The position numbers and the translations under genes were made by a program. Shown here piece after piece: positions 28,144-37,231 of a stretch of 64,000 nucleotides of DNA. Position 1 is the first letter of the stretch, and each line of letters starts with the position of its first letter. The stretch is from positions 4,792-68,791 of the forward strand of contig DATDWR010000012.1 of NCBI GenBank assembly GCA_035289605.1. Direction: 5' to 3'. Origin of the DNA: Candidatus Nanoarchaeia archaeon (GTDB taxonomy: Archaea; Nanobdellota; Nanobdellia; SCGC-AAA011-G17; GW2011-AR18). Under the pieces are notes generated by a model. That model worked only from the letters and a program-made list of their open reading frames with translations. It was not told the origin of the DNA and made no database searches.

Positions 28144-28257
28144 TTAGCAGCACGGCTCCTTGTAACCGCAATTATTGCATATTGCATCTTTTCTTCCTGC
28201 TATTCCTATCATTTCTTCCCCGCAGTTTGGGCATTCTTGCAGTAGTTGTATTTTCAT
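28144..28257 (-). CDS. 37-aa zinc-ribbon ORF between the korA and korB genes
   Basis: Translation is MKIQLLQECPNCGEEMIGIAGRKDAICNNCGYKEPCC. Its ATG overlaps the korA TGA (ATGA) and its TAA ends 1 nt before the korB ATG. Confidence 0.5.
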   Translation of the reverse strand: MKIQLLQECPNCGEEMIGIAGRKDAICNNCGYKEPCC

Positions 28258-30005
28258 ATATAATCCTTAAAACTTAGCTTTGCTTTTTCGTAAATTTCTG
28301 TTGGTGAAAATGGTACTCCGCTGTATTTTGTATATAAATTTTTTATCTTTACTCCTGTATGTTCGGCAATTAATCCACCAAGTTGTCCACTGTAGTTTTC
28401 TTCAAATAATAATATTTTCTTGCTTTTTTCTAGAACTTTAGTTACTTGTCTTGCTGGAAACGGACTCATGTATACTATTTGTAGGAAGTTTGTTTTTATT
28501 CCTTTATTGTTCAATTGTTTGACTGCTTCAAGTATTCTTCCTTTTGTAGACCCCCAGCCAACAAGCGTCAAATCTGCCGCCTCAGGTCCATAAAAGTTTA
28601 CTCCTTTCGTTCCAATTAGTTTCTTTGCATATTCCAGCTTTCTCATCCTTCTCTGCATTATCCTGTTTCTGTTTTCAGGATCTTCGCATATTTGCCCATA
28701 TTCATCATGCTCGTCGCTCCCGCAGCTGTACATTCCATTTTTTTGTCCAGGCAAAGACCTCCAAGTTACTGCTCCGTCTTCATGCTTGTATCTTTTAAAA
28801 TCATTAACATTCTCTAAAGTCTTGTCAGATATAATTAGTCCTCTTTCAATTCTATATTTTAAGGTATTAAATTTTTCAACAGTTTTTCCATTGTTAGCTA
28901 GATACTGGTCGTGAAGTATTATTACTGGATTTTGTAACTGATCAGCCAAGTTGAATGCATCTAGTGTTAAGTAAAAGCATTCTTCTACATCTCCTGGAGC
29001 TGCAACTATTCTTGGAAATTCTCCTTGTGCTGCATTTAATACAAACTTTAAGTCTCCTTGCTCAGTTTTTGTTGGCAATCCTGTTGCTGGCCCTCCTCTC
29101 TGTCCCATTATAATCACCAAAGGGAGTTCAACCATGCCTGCTAGACCAAATGCTTCTGACATTAAGCAAAAGCCACCGCCAGAAGTAGCTACCATTGATC
29201 TTGCTCCAGCCCAGCTTGCTCCAAGTGCAGTATTTATTACAGAAATTTCATCTTCTAGCTGCAGTGCTACGACTCCATAGTCATTTGCTTTATTTATTAG
29301 GTATTGAAGTATTTGCGAGCTTGGTGTCATTGGGTATTGTGCATGGAATTTTAGTCCTGCTTTTATTGCTGCTATGCTTATTGCTTCATTTCCTGTTAGG
29401 AATATAGTATTTTTTCTTTCTTTTTTTATTACTTCAATCTTAAAGTCATTTCCGTAGTTTTTTCTTATATATTCATAGCCTCTTTTTGCTGCCTCAATAT
29501 TCATCTTAAGGACATTTTCTCCTTTTTTGCTGTAAGTTTCTTTGATAATTTCATTTAGAAGGTCTATGTCCATTTTAAATAATGCAACGCTTGCTCCCAA
29601 TGCCACGGTATTCCTTAGTAGTCTTTCTCCTGCTATTTCTCTTGAAATTTTCATAAGAGGGACACCAAATAGTCTAACGCCATTAACTAAATCGTCTAGT
29701 TTTGTTTCTTCATTGTCATATATTATTCCTCCATTTTCAGTTACTTCATTTTTGTGTAAATCTATTGTTTCTTTGTTTAGTGCAACTAGAATATCATAGT
29801 TGTCTGTGTGGCTTGTTACTTGCACATCTTGCGCTCTGACACTCGACGTATTATGTCCTCCCCTTATTAGTGAAGGATAATCATGAGTCATGAAAGCATA
29901 TAATCCGGAACGCATGCACAGTTTTGCAAACATTTGTCCTGTGCCCATTATTCCATAGCCAGCTTCTCCGCCTATTTTCCATGCCAGCTTGTTTATCATC
30001 ACCAT
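28254..30005 (-). CDS. korA: 2-oxoacid:ferredoxin oxidoreductase, fused gamma-alpha subunit
   Basis: Gamma-like N-terminus KIGGEAGYGIMGTGQMFAKL, then alpha GNEAISIAAIKAGLKFHAQYPMTPSS. Confidence 0.85.
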   Translation of the reverse strand: MVMINKLAWKIGGEAGYGIMGTGQMFAKLCMRSGLYAFMTHDYPSLIRGGHNTSSVRAQDVQVTSHTDNYDILVALNKETIDLHKNEVTENGGIIYDNEETKLDDLVNGVRLFGVPLMKISREIAGERLLRNTVALGASVALFKMDIDLLNEIIKETYSKKGENVLKMNIEAAKRGYEYIRKNYGNDFKIEVIKKERKNTIFLTGNEAISIAAIKAGLKFHAQYPMTPSSQILQYLINKANDYGVVALQLEDEISVINTALGASWAGARSMVATSGGGFCLMSEAFGLAGMVELPLVIIMGQRGGPATGLPTKTEQGDLKFVLNAAQGEFPRIVAAPGDVEECFYLTLDAFNLADQLQNPVIILHDQYLANNGKTVEKFNTLKYRIERGLIISDKTLENVNDFKRYKHEDGAVTWRSLPGQKNGMYSCGSDEHDEYGQICEDPENRNRIMQRRMRKLEYAKKLIGTKGVNFYGPEAADLTLVGWGSTKGRILEAVKQLNNKGIKTNFLQIVYMSPFPARQVTKVLEKSKKILLFEENYSGQLGGLIAEHTGVKIKNLYTKYSGVPFSPTEIYEKAKLSFKDYI

Positions 30006-30086
30006 CTTTTTATTTTATCTTGTTCTTTTTATATAAAAATGTATCTAAAGCAGACTGGCAAATTATAAATAATAGATAAATTCTAG

Positions 30087-30539
30087 AACTCTATATCAAA
30101 AAAGCTTGTAACAGTTTTAACTTGGGATATTGTCGAGAAATTTTGTGATAGAAAAAAAGAAGGATATATAACATTTTTAATCAACACAAATACTGAAGAA
30201 GTTAGTCCTGTTCCGAGAGATATTGAGCATCTTGATTTTGCTTGTTCTCTGCTAGGTCTTGATAACAGAGAAGAATTAAAGATTGAACCTGAATTAGCTT
30301 CTCATCTTGTTCCTTATTTAATAGAAATAAATGATGGTTATGTTAATCGTATTCTTACTGGTGTTTGCGGTCTGGAAATAAAATTAAATGTTAGGCCCAC
30401 TAATGAAGACCTGTAAAGAGCACATGATTTAACTCGGGAATTAATCAACAGAAGTGATTTAAAAGTTGGGAAGATAAAAGAGAACAAAATAGTAACTAGA
30501 TATGCTTTGGATAGAAATTTAGAAGATTATACTTATTAA
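30087..30539 (+). pseudogene. Relic of an unknown gene: 109 open codons without any start codon, an in-frame TAA, then 40 more open codons
   Basis: The frame is bounded by TAG at 30084-30086. There is no in-frame ATG, GTG or TTG. An internal TAA lies at 30414-30416 and the terminal TAA at 30537-30539. Confidence 0.45.
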
Positions 30540-30584
30540 AGACATTTGAGTAATTTATATAAATAAGATTAGTTCTAAAAGTTA

Positions 30585-31706
30585 ATGGAAAAAAGAGAAA
30601 ATGTAGTAACACCATGGGAAGTTAATGGTGAAGTAGATTATGACAGGTTAATAAAAGAATTTGGTGTTGAAAAAATTAATGATGAGTTGCTAAATAGAAT
30701 AAAAAAACATACTAAAGACTTGCATTTCATGCTTACTAGAAAAGTTTTTTTCTGCCACAGGGATTTTAATTGGTTATTGAATGAGTATGAGAAGGGAAAT
30801 AAATTTTATTTATACACAGGCAGAGCTCCTTCTGGTCCCGTTCATATAGGTCATTTACTACCTTGGACTTTTACCAAATGGCTTCAGGATAAGTTTGATG
30901 TTGAACTTTGGTTTCAATTTCCAGATGAAGAGAAATTTTTGTTCAAGAATAATTTAAGCCTTGAAGATAGCGAGAAATATCTTAATGATAATATGCTTGA
31001 TGTTATTGCTCTTGGCTTTAATCCTAAGAAGACTAAGTTTTTAATAGATACTAAAGATGCTGGTTTAATGTATAAGGAGGCCTGCAGGGTTGCTAAGAAA
31101 ATTACTTTCTCTATGGTTAAGTCTTCTTTTGGATTAAATGAACAGAATAATATTGGTTCTATTTTTTATACTTCAATGCAGACCGTTCCTGCTTTTCTTC
31201 CTTCTATTTTGAAAAAGAAAAATATTCCCTGTTTGATTCCTCATGCTATAGATCAGGACCCGCACTTTCGTCTCACTAGAGATATTCTTCCTAAGTTAGG
31301 CCACTTTAAGCCTTCTAGTATTCAATGTATGTTCCTGCCTCCATTAACAGGTTCTTCTGGTAAGATGTCTGCTTCAGAAGAATCTTCCGCAGTTTACACC
31401 ACTGATAATGCTGATGTTGTTAAGAATAAAATTATGAAATATGCTTTTTCTGGAGGGAGGACAACTTTAGAAGAGCATAGAAGATTGGGCGGAAATCCAG
31501 ACATTGATGTTAGTTATCAATATTTAAGAATGATGTTTGAGCCTGATGACAAGAAATTAAAAAAGATTTATGATAATTACAAATCTGGAAAGCTACTTAC
31601 AGGGGAATTGAAAAGTATTTTAATTGAAAAAATAAACAAATTTTTGAAAGACCACCAGAAGAAAAGAGAAAAAGCTAAGAAGCATGTTGATAAATTTTTA
31701 TTATAA
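30585..31706 (+). CDS. trpS: Tryptophanyl-tRNA synthetase, archaeal/eukaryal type
   Basis: HIGH-like GPVHIGHLLPW, KMSKS-like GKMSAS, and N-terminus VTPWEV...VDYDRLIKEFG. Confidence 0.85.
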   Translation: MEKRENVVTPWEVNGEVDYDRLIKEFGVEKINDELLNRIKKHTKDLHFMLTRKVFFCHRDFNWLLNEYEKGNKFYLYTGRAPSGPVHIGHLLPWTFTKWLQDKFDVELWFQFPDEEKFLFKNNLSLEDSEKYLNDNMLDVIALGFNPKKTKFLIDTKDAGLMYKEACRVAKKITFSMVKSSFGLNEQNNIGSIFYTSMQTVPAFLPSILKKKNIPCLIPHAIDQDPHFRLTRDILPKLGHFKPSSIQCMFLPPLTGSSGKMSASEESSAVYTTDNADVVKNKIMKYAFSGGRTTLEEHRRLGGNPDIDVSYQYLRMMFEPDDKKLKKIYDNYKSGKLLTGELKSILIEKINKFLKDHQKKREKAKKHVDKFLL

Positions 31707-31755
31707 ATCACTGCATTTTCAAAATCTTTATTAATCAATAAAAAATAATTTTTCT

Positions 31756-32386
31756 ATGAATGAGTTAGACAGATTAAATATTGCTTATATTAAAGGCAAA
31801 GAAAAAATAGCCAAGATATTTCATGACAAATATAGTGAACAGTCTAAGGATAAACGTTTGCCTCCTGGCCAGTATGTTACAGAAAAGTTTTCAGTTCTAG
31901 ATCTTGGAATTCATCCTGATTTTGATCCTAAGGCTTGGAAGCTTGAAGTTTTTGGAGAAGTTAAAGAAAATAAGATACTTACTTATCAGGATATTCTTAA
32001 CATGCCTAAGACTTTCATTGCGTAACAAAGTGGAGTAAATATGACGTAAAATGGGCTGGAGTTTCCTGGAAAGATTTCCTGAAATATATCAAAGTTAAGC
32101 CAACAGCAAAAGCAGTTATGTTTTATGGTGCGGATGATTATTCAGTGAATAATTTATTGGAAGATATTAAAAATGATACAACACTTTTGGCTTATGAACT
32201 AGAAGGCAAGCCAATACCTAAAGAGCATGGCTGGCCCTTGAGAGTTATTATTCCTCACTTGTATGCTTGGAAAGGATCTAGATTTTTGAACAAAATAGAG
32301 TTCATAAAAAAAATAAGCCTGGTTTCTGGGAAGTGAGAGGTTATCATATAAGAGGAGATGTTAAGTTAGAGGAGAGATATAGCTAA
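31756..32386 (+). pseudogene. Sulfite-oxidase-like (YedY/MsrP-type) molybdopterin oxidoreductase with two frameshifts
   Basis: The three frames in series read LPPGQYVTEKF...MPK / DFHCVTKWSKYDVKWAGVSW...GWPLRVIIPHLYAWKGSRF...KK / NKPGFWEVRGYHIRGDVKLEERYS. The shifts lie near 32008-32013 and in the A8 run at 32306-32313. Confidence 0.75.
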
Positions 32387-32418
32387 GTATTTTAAAAATT
32401 TATCAAGAAGAAATAGCA

Positions 32419-32592
32419 TCAATGTTGTACATCTTCTATTTTATATCCCTCAACTATAGCATGGTCGCAGGTCCCACTTGCTCCATTTATAGAAGAACTA
32501 TGTACAGCAGCGTAACCTCCTTTATTCCATATGATTCTCTTTAATCTTCGTTTGATGGATTGTTACGATGTAATTATCTTAAATTGACTCAT
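32419..32592 (-). pseudogene. 58-codon frame with an internal TAA (32563-32565); unknown product
   Basis: Reads MSQFKIITS-TAA-QSIKRRLKRIIWNKGGYAAVHSSSINGASGTCDHAIVEGYKIEDVQH-stop. Confidence 0.3.
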
Positions 32593-32653
32593 CGATAAAT
32601 TTTTATTAAAAATAATTTTAATATAATCAGCCGTTGTTTGAAGAGAATCCCAT

Positions 32654-32854
32654 TTATTTTTTAACACTCCTCATTGCTCCCCCTCTTTTGTAAGGAGTTC
32701 CTTTTCCTCCTTTAGAAGACCTAGATTCTGGATAAACATCTAGCAGTTCTTCGCTTTCATCGTATCCGCAGTTCAGGCATATTAAACACTTGCTTCCCAT
32801 GACTTCTAAATTGTCTATATGCTTGCTTTTGCATTTTGGGCATTCTGTTTTCAT
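32654..32854 (-). CDS. Small zinc-ribbon protein (66 aa)
   Basis: CPKCKS...CLNCG pairs followed by a basic tail. Confidence 0.55.
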   Translation of the reverse strand: MKTECPKCKSKHIDNLEVMGSKCLICLNCGYDESEELLDVYPESRSSKGGKGTPYKRGGAMRSVKK

Positions 32855-32887
32855 ATATAAATTATAGATTTAGAAATTAATAAACTT

Positions 32888-33142
32888 TTAGATTATTTTC
32901 TTTTTTGTTTCTTTGTCTATTATATGAATCACAGTTACAGGGCAGGATTCAGCAGCATCCTTATATTTGTCTAGTTCGCTTTCATCTATTTCCTTTATGA
33001 ATATTTTGCCTTCTTTCTTGGAATCCTTCAAGTCTGCTTTTCCATCATCAACTATACTCCACTGGTCTGGCTGCACTGCAACGCAGGCAGCAGCTCCTAT
33101 GCAAGCATCTCTGTCATATTCTATCAGGTATTTTTTTCCCAT
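32888..33142 (-). CDS. Small single-cluster ferredoxin-like protein
   Basis: DRDACIGAAACVAVQPDQW ... AESCPVTVI. Confidence 0.65.
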   Translation of the reverse strand: MGKKYLIEYDRDACIGAAACVAVQPDQWSIVDDGKADLKDSKKEGKIFIKEIDESELDKYKDAAESCPVTVIHIIDKETKKKII

Positions 33143-33287
33143 AGAAGTTCAATTAAAATGTTATTAATAAAGTTTTCTTAAATTTAGAATTTTATTTTTT
33201 CTAGTCTATTAAGTTCTTCAAGAATAATGGCAATTATAGGGGATAATAGTATTAGTACAATTAGTATTTGCATGAATATTTCAAAGA

Positions 33288-33497
33288 TCATTTTAGTGCC
33301 AGCTTGATGTCCCCTGCTTTTACTGTTTTTCTTCCAGAATGCTGTGATATTTTTGCTGCCATTTCTCCTACTTTTTCTGCATAGTCTTCAAGCGCCTCTC
33401 TCAATGCTTCTTTTGCATCTTCGCTTACTCTTGGAGCTCCGCAGTTTTTGAGCAGTTTTTCCATTGCAGCCAAAGGCAGAACTTTTTTGTCATTCAT
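33288..33497 (-). CDS. Archaeal histone (HMf family)
   Basis: 69-aa histone fold: LPLAAMEKLLKNCGAPRVSEDAKEALREALEDYAEKVGEMAAKISQHSGRKTVKAGDIKLAL. Confidence 0.9.
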   Translation of the reverse strand: MNDKKVLPLAAMEKLLKNCGAPRVSEDAKEALREALEDYAEKVGEMAAKISQHSGRKTVKAGDIKLALK

Positions 33498-33546
33498 GTT
33501 GTTTTCACCTCTTTTTTGAGGTTTGTTTTTCTTATATATCTTTTGG

Positions 33547-33783
33547 TCACTTTAATTTTAATTTTGCCTTCTCAAACAATGCGACAACTGCTATGATTAT
33601 TGCTATTAGTACAAGAAGCGCAAATACTGCAGATATAAATAAAAATAAAAACATTAGTACAAGCATGACTATTGCCGCTATTGCTATTCTTCTGCTGAGC
33701 TTTACTCTTGTGTCTATTTTAAAAAAAATTATCAATGCAATTATTAGTGCTGCATAAAATATTATTTTTTCAACAAAGCCCAT
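33547..33783 (-). CDS. Small membrane protein (78 aa)
   Basis: Two to three hydrophobic segments. An antisense ORF (33464-33757) was rejected. Confidence 0.45.
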   Translation of the reverse strand: MGFVEKIIFYAALIIALIIFFKIDTRVKLSRRIAIAAIVMLVLMFLFLFISAVFALLVLIAIIIAVVALFEKAKLKLK

Positions 33784-33821
33784 AACAACATTTATATAAT
33801 ATTCAAGTTTTAAGCTTTTCT

Positions 33822-34871
33822 ATGCTCAATGATAAGGAAATTAATGAAATTAGAAAGTTCTTGGATGATTCTTCTAACCCTGTTTTTCTTTTTGATGATG
33901 ATTGTGACGGCACTTGTGCTTATTTGCTGCTTAAAAAATATTGCAAAAAAGGTGAAGGAATTATAGTGAAGAGTTCTCCTGTTCTTGATGTTGATTATGC
34001 TGGCAAAGTTTTGGATCTTAATCCTGATCTTGTTGTTGTTTTGGACAAGCCTATGATCAGCCAGGAGTTTATTGATAATGTGAACAGAAAAATTGTCTGG
34101 CTTGATCATCATCCTGTGCAGAATATGGGAAAAGTCAATTATTATAACCCAAGAAAGAATAATGATTCTGATAACAGGCCCACTACTTATCTTGCTTATT
34201 CTGTCGTAAACTCTAATTTGTGGATTGCTGCTGTTGGATGTATTTTTGATCATTACATTCCTGACTTTATAGAAGAGTTCATAAAAGAATATCCTGAATT
34301 ATTAGACAAAAAACCAAAGCAGCCGGGCGAAGCCTTGTACAATAATAAACTAGGAAAAGTAATAAGGATATTTTCACTAAATCTGAAGGGAAAACCGAGA
34401 GAAGTAAAAAAATCAGTTAGCGCTCTGGAAAGAATTAGTACTCCTTATGAAATTTTGAATAAAGAAACTAAGGAAGGAAAATTCTTGTACGAAAGATACG
34501 AGAAGCTTAACAAAGAGTATGAGGAATTGCTTGTTAAAGCAAAGGAGCAAGTTTCAAAGGAAAATGTTTTTGTGTTTACTTATCCATCTTCAAGGACAAG
34601 TTTTACTAGTGAGCTTTCTAACGAGTTGATATATCTTTATCCTAATAAGCTTGTGATTGTAGGAAGACATAAAGACGACAGTATCAGAATGAGTTTTAGA
34701 AGTACAAGCATTAATGTTCCTGAACTTTTGAAGAAAGCTCTTGTTGGCATTCGTGGTTATGGTGGAGGTCATGATTTAGCTTGTGGCGGTGCAGTGAATG
34801 CTGAAGATTTTGAAAAGTTTGTAGAAAATATAAGAAATATTGTTAATGTTAAGACTATAAAAGCTAAATAA
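33822..34871 (+). CDS. DHH/DHHA1-family phosphoesterase (RecJ/NrnA-like)
   Basis: DDDCDGTCA, WLDHHP and GGGHDLACGG. Confidence 0.8.
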   Translation: MLNDKEINEIRKFLDDSSNPVFLFDDDCDGTCAYLLLKKYCKKGEGIIVKSSPVLDVDYAGKVLDLNPDLVVVLDKPMISQEFIDNVNRKIVWLDHHPVQNMGKVNYYNPRKNNDSDNRPTTYLAYSVVNSNLWIAAVGCIFDHYIPDFIEEFIKEYPELLDKKPKQPGEALYNNKLGKVIRIFSLNLKGKPREVKKSVSALERISTPYEILNKETKEGKFLYERYEKLNKEYEELLVKAKEQVSKENVFVFTYPSSRTSFTSELSNELIYLYPNKLVIVGRHKDDSIRMSFRSTSINVPELLKKALVGIRGYGGGHDLACGGAVNAEDFEKFVENIRNIVNVKTIKAK

Positions 34872-34873
34872 AA

Positions 34874-35512
34874 ATGACTTACAAATTAATATGTCTCGAT
34901 ATGGATGGAGTTATTTTTAAGGATGTTAATTTCTGGCTTGAACTGCACAATAAATTTGGAACATTAGAGCAAGGAAAAGAATTGACTAAAAAATATCTGC
35001 ACATTGATTATGACAAGCTAGTTGAGGAAGTTGTTGTTAAGCTTTGGAAGGGCAAGGATGCTAAACCTTATTTTGAGTTGGTGAATTCTTTAGATTACCT
35101 TCCCGGAGTCAAAGAAATTTTTTATTATCTAAAAAAGAAAGGTTTCATTACAGCAATAATTAGTGCTTCAAGCATTGATGTTGCTAGAAGAGTGCAGAAG
35201 GATTTCGGAGTTGACCATATATATGCAAATGAGCTTGTAATTAGAGACGGAAAAGTTGCTGGCGAATTTGTGTGGCCTATAGGTGCTGGCAATGCAAAGA
35301 AAGCAAAGATAGTAAGGGATTTATGTAAAGACTTGAATATTAAAACTTCTGAAGTTGTTTACATTGGCGATAGTGATACAGATATTGAAGCTTTCAAGGA
35401 GGTTGGATTAAGCATTGCTTTTAATTCTTCTTCTGATAATCTAAAGAAAATAGCAACTTATGTTGTTGACAGTAATAACTTATTTGATGTTCTAAAATAC
35501 TTGCCAGAATAG
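34874..35512 (+). CDS. HAD-superfamily phosphatase, phosphoserine-phosphatase-like
   Basis: CLDMDGVIF (DxDG), AIISASS and GDSDTDIEAF. Stop is TAG. Confidence 0.75.
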   Translation: MTYKLICLDMDGVIFKDVNFWLELHNKFGTLEQGKELTKKYLHIDYDKLVEEVVVKLWKGKDAKPYFELVNSLDYLPGVKEIFYYLKKKGFITAIISASSIDVARRVQKDFGVDHIYANELVIRDGKVAGEFVWPIGAGNAKKAKIVRDLCKDLNIKTSEVVYIGDSDTDIEAFKEVGLSIAFNSSSDNLKKIATYVVDSNNLFDVLKYLPE

Positions 35513-35521
35513 ATTTGCAAT

Positions 35522-36025
35522 CTAACCTTTATTTTCAGAAGGTTTGTCAGTTACAGCAGGTATGCTTAATTCAGTAGGTTTTCCTTGTTTTGCTTCTTCT
35601 CTGCCTCGCAGAGTGCGCACTATTCTAGCGTATTCCTTAAATGCTTCTACATATGCTTCAGGTGTTTTTTCATTTAATTGAGAAAACATTATTCTTGCAT
35701 TAAAAGAAGGAACCTTAGTGGCAGCAGTAAAATATAATAAAATCTCCCTGCAAAATAAATGTATAGATTCGCATGCTTGAGAAACAGGCATGTCTGCATG
35801 ATATACTGGTGCTAATCTTTCTATGCTTTCTTCCATATCGCAATAAGTGCCGGTTCTGATGTTAGGATTGCCGAAATATGCCATCATTTTCGGGCCAAGG
35901 CTTCTTGGAAGTTCCTCATTAAATCTTTCAAAATAATTACGCAATACTGCTAAGTCTAGTGGTTCTCCCATTAAGTTGGAATTACATATAATTATTAAAA
36001 CATTTCGCTCAGATAGATTTATCAT
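35522..36025 (-). CDS. Hypothetical protein (167 aa); core member of the dispersed orphan family
   Basis: APVYHA, IHLFCREILLYFTAATKVPSFNARIMF and VRTLRGREE. Encoded on the opposite strand between the HAD phosphatase and dehydrogenase genes. Confidence 0.65.
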   Translation of the reverse strand: MINLSERNVLIIICNSNLMGEPLDLAVLRNYFERFNEELPRSLGPKMMAYFGNPNIRTGTYCDMEESIERLAPVYHADMPVSQACESIHLFCREILLYFTAATKVPSFNARIMFSQLNEKTPEAYVEAFKEYARIVRTLRGREEAKQGKPTELSIPAVTDKPSENKG

Positions 36026-36120
36026 ATTTTGTATAAAAAGTGAGCTGTAAAATAGACGTTACTTAATTAGTAGATTCTCAAATTAGAAAGATTTAAAATT
36101 TTATAGGTTTTATTTATAAT

Positions 36121-37065
36121 ATGTTTGATAAAGTTCTTCTTGTAAATATTAAAGAATCAGATTTGACAAGAGCTTATTGGCATAGAATAGATTTGATGGC
36201 TAAGAAAAAGGTTTTTATTCCGAGAGACAGCCCTCAGATTATACAAGAACTAGAAGATACTGATTGTTTATTAGTTGGTTTTGCCATCCCTGTGACGAAA
36301 GAATATATTGACAATGCTCCGAAGCTGAGATATATAGGGACTTCAGCTGTGGCTTACCATAAAATAGATGTTGAATATGCAAGAATAAAAGGCATTCCTG
36401 TAACAAACATTGCTGGTTATTGTACAGAAAGTGTAGCTGAATTTGTTATTGCTGCAATCCTAAATGAAATAAGACAATTAGATGAAGGAAGGAAACGAGC
36501 ACGAGATAAGAACTACAATGTTGTAGGTATATCCGTGTCAGAGATTAAAGGCAAAATCTTTGGTGTATTTGGTTTGGGTAATATAGGAACTAGAACTGCC
36601 GAACTTGCTCAAGGTTTTGGGGCAGATGTTAGGTACTGGAGCAGAACCCGAAAGAAAGATTGCGAGGCAAGGGGGATAAAATATGAAGATAAAGACACTC
36701 TTTTGGAAAAGGCTGATTTTATTTCAATAAATTTTGCTTATACTCCCGAAACTGCCAATTTTCTAAACAAAAGGGCATTTTCCAGAATAAAACGTGGGGC
36801 AATTGTGGTAAATACTATTCCTATGGAAACTGCTGATTTGGAAGCTTTAGAAGATAGACTTCAGCAAGATGATATGATTTTCATTCTAGACCATTCAGAT
36901 GAAATGAAAGAGGAAGACTTGGATGGGTTGCATAAATACAAAAATTGTAGAATTTATCCACCTATTGCATTTATAAGTAAAGAGGCTCGTATAGAAAAAC
37001 AAAATCTATTTGTTGAAAATATTGAGAATTTTTTGAAAGGAACACCGACAAATGTTGTGAACTAA
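36121..37065 (+). CDS. D-isomer-specific 2-hydroxyacid dehydrogenase (SerA/GyaR-like)
   Basis: NAD-binding motif GVFGLGNIGTRTAELAQGFGADV and a two-domain layout. Confidence 0.8.
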   Translation: MFDKVLLVNIKESDLTRAYWHRIDLMAKKKVFIPRDSPQIIQELEDTDCLLVGFAIPVTKEYIDNAPKLRYIGTSAVAYHKIDVEYARIKGIPVTNIAGYCTESVAEFVIAAILNEIRQLDEGRKRARDKNYNVVGISVSEIKGKIFGVFGLGNIGTRTAELAQGFGADVRYWSRTRKKDCEARGIKYEDKDTLLEKADFISINFAYTPETANFLNKRAFSRIKRGAIVVNTIPMETADLEALEDRLQQDDMIFILDHSDEMKEEDLDGLHKYKNCRIYPPIAFISKEARIEKQNLFVENIENFLKGTPTNVVN

Positions 37066-37231
37066 ATTGCAGTGATGTACTCAAACTTATCTGTGCATCT
37101 CAAATCACGTCATGCGAAATTTATCCGAATTCTACAAAAGATCTGCTGTTAATCACTTACATTTTAGATGACATTTATTTAACAGCTTAACAAAAAGAAA
37201 CATTTAATAACGAATTTCACAGCTTTATTTT

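Noticed and set aside
33810-34253. Antisense ORFs overlapping recognised genes: 33810-34253 against the DHH gene, 26738-27064 against PIN, 37571-38050 against the transglutaminase gene, 33464-33757 against the membrane protein, plus several opposite gyrA, the PKD gene and others.
   Set aside because: The partner frame carries clear family motifs. The antisense products are low-complexity and have no start context.
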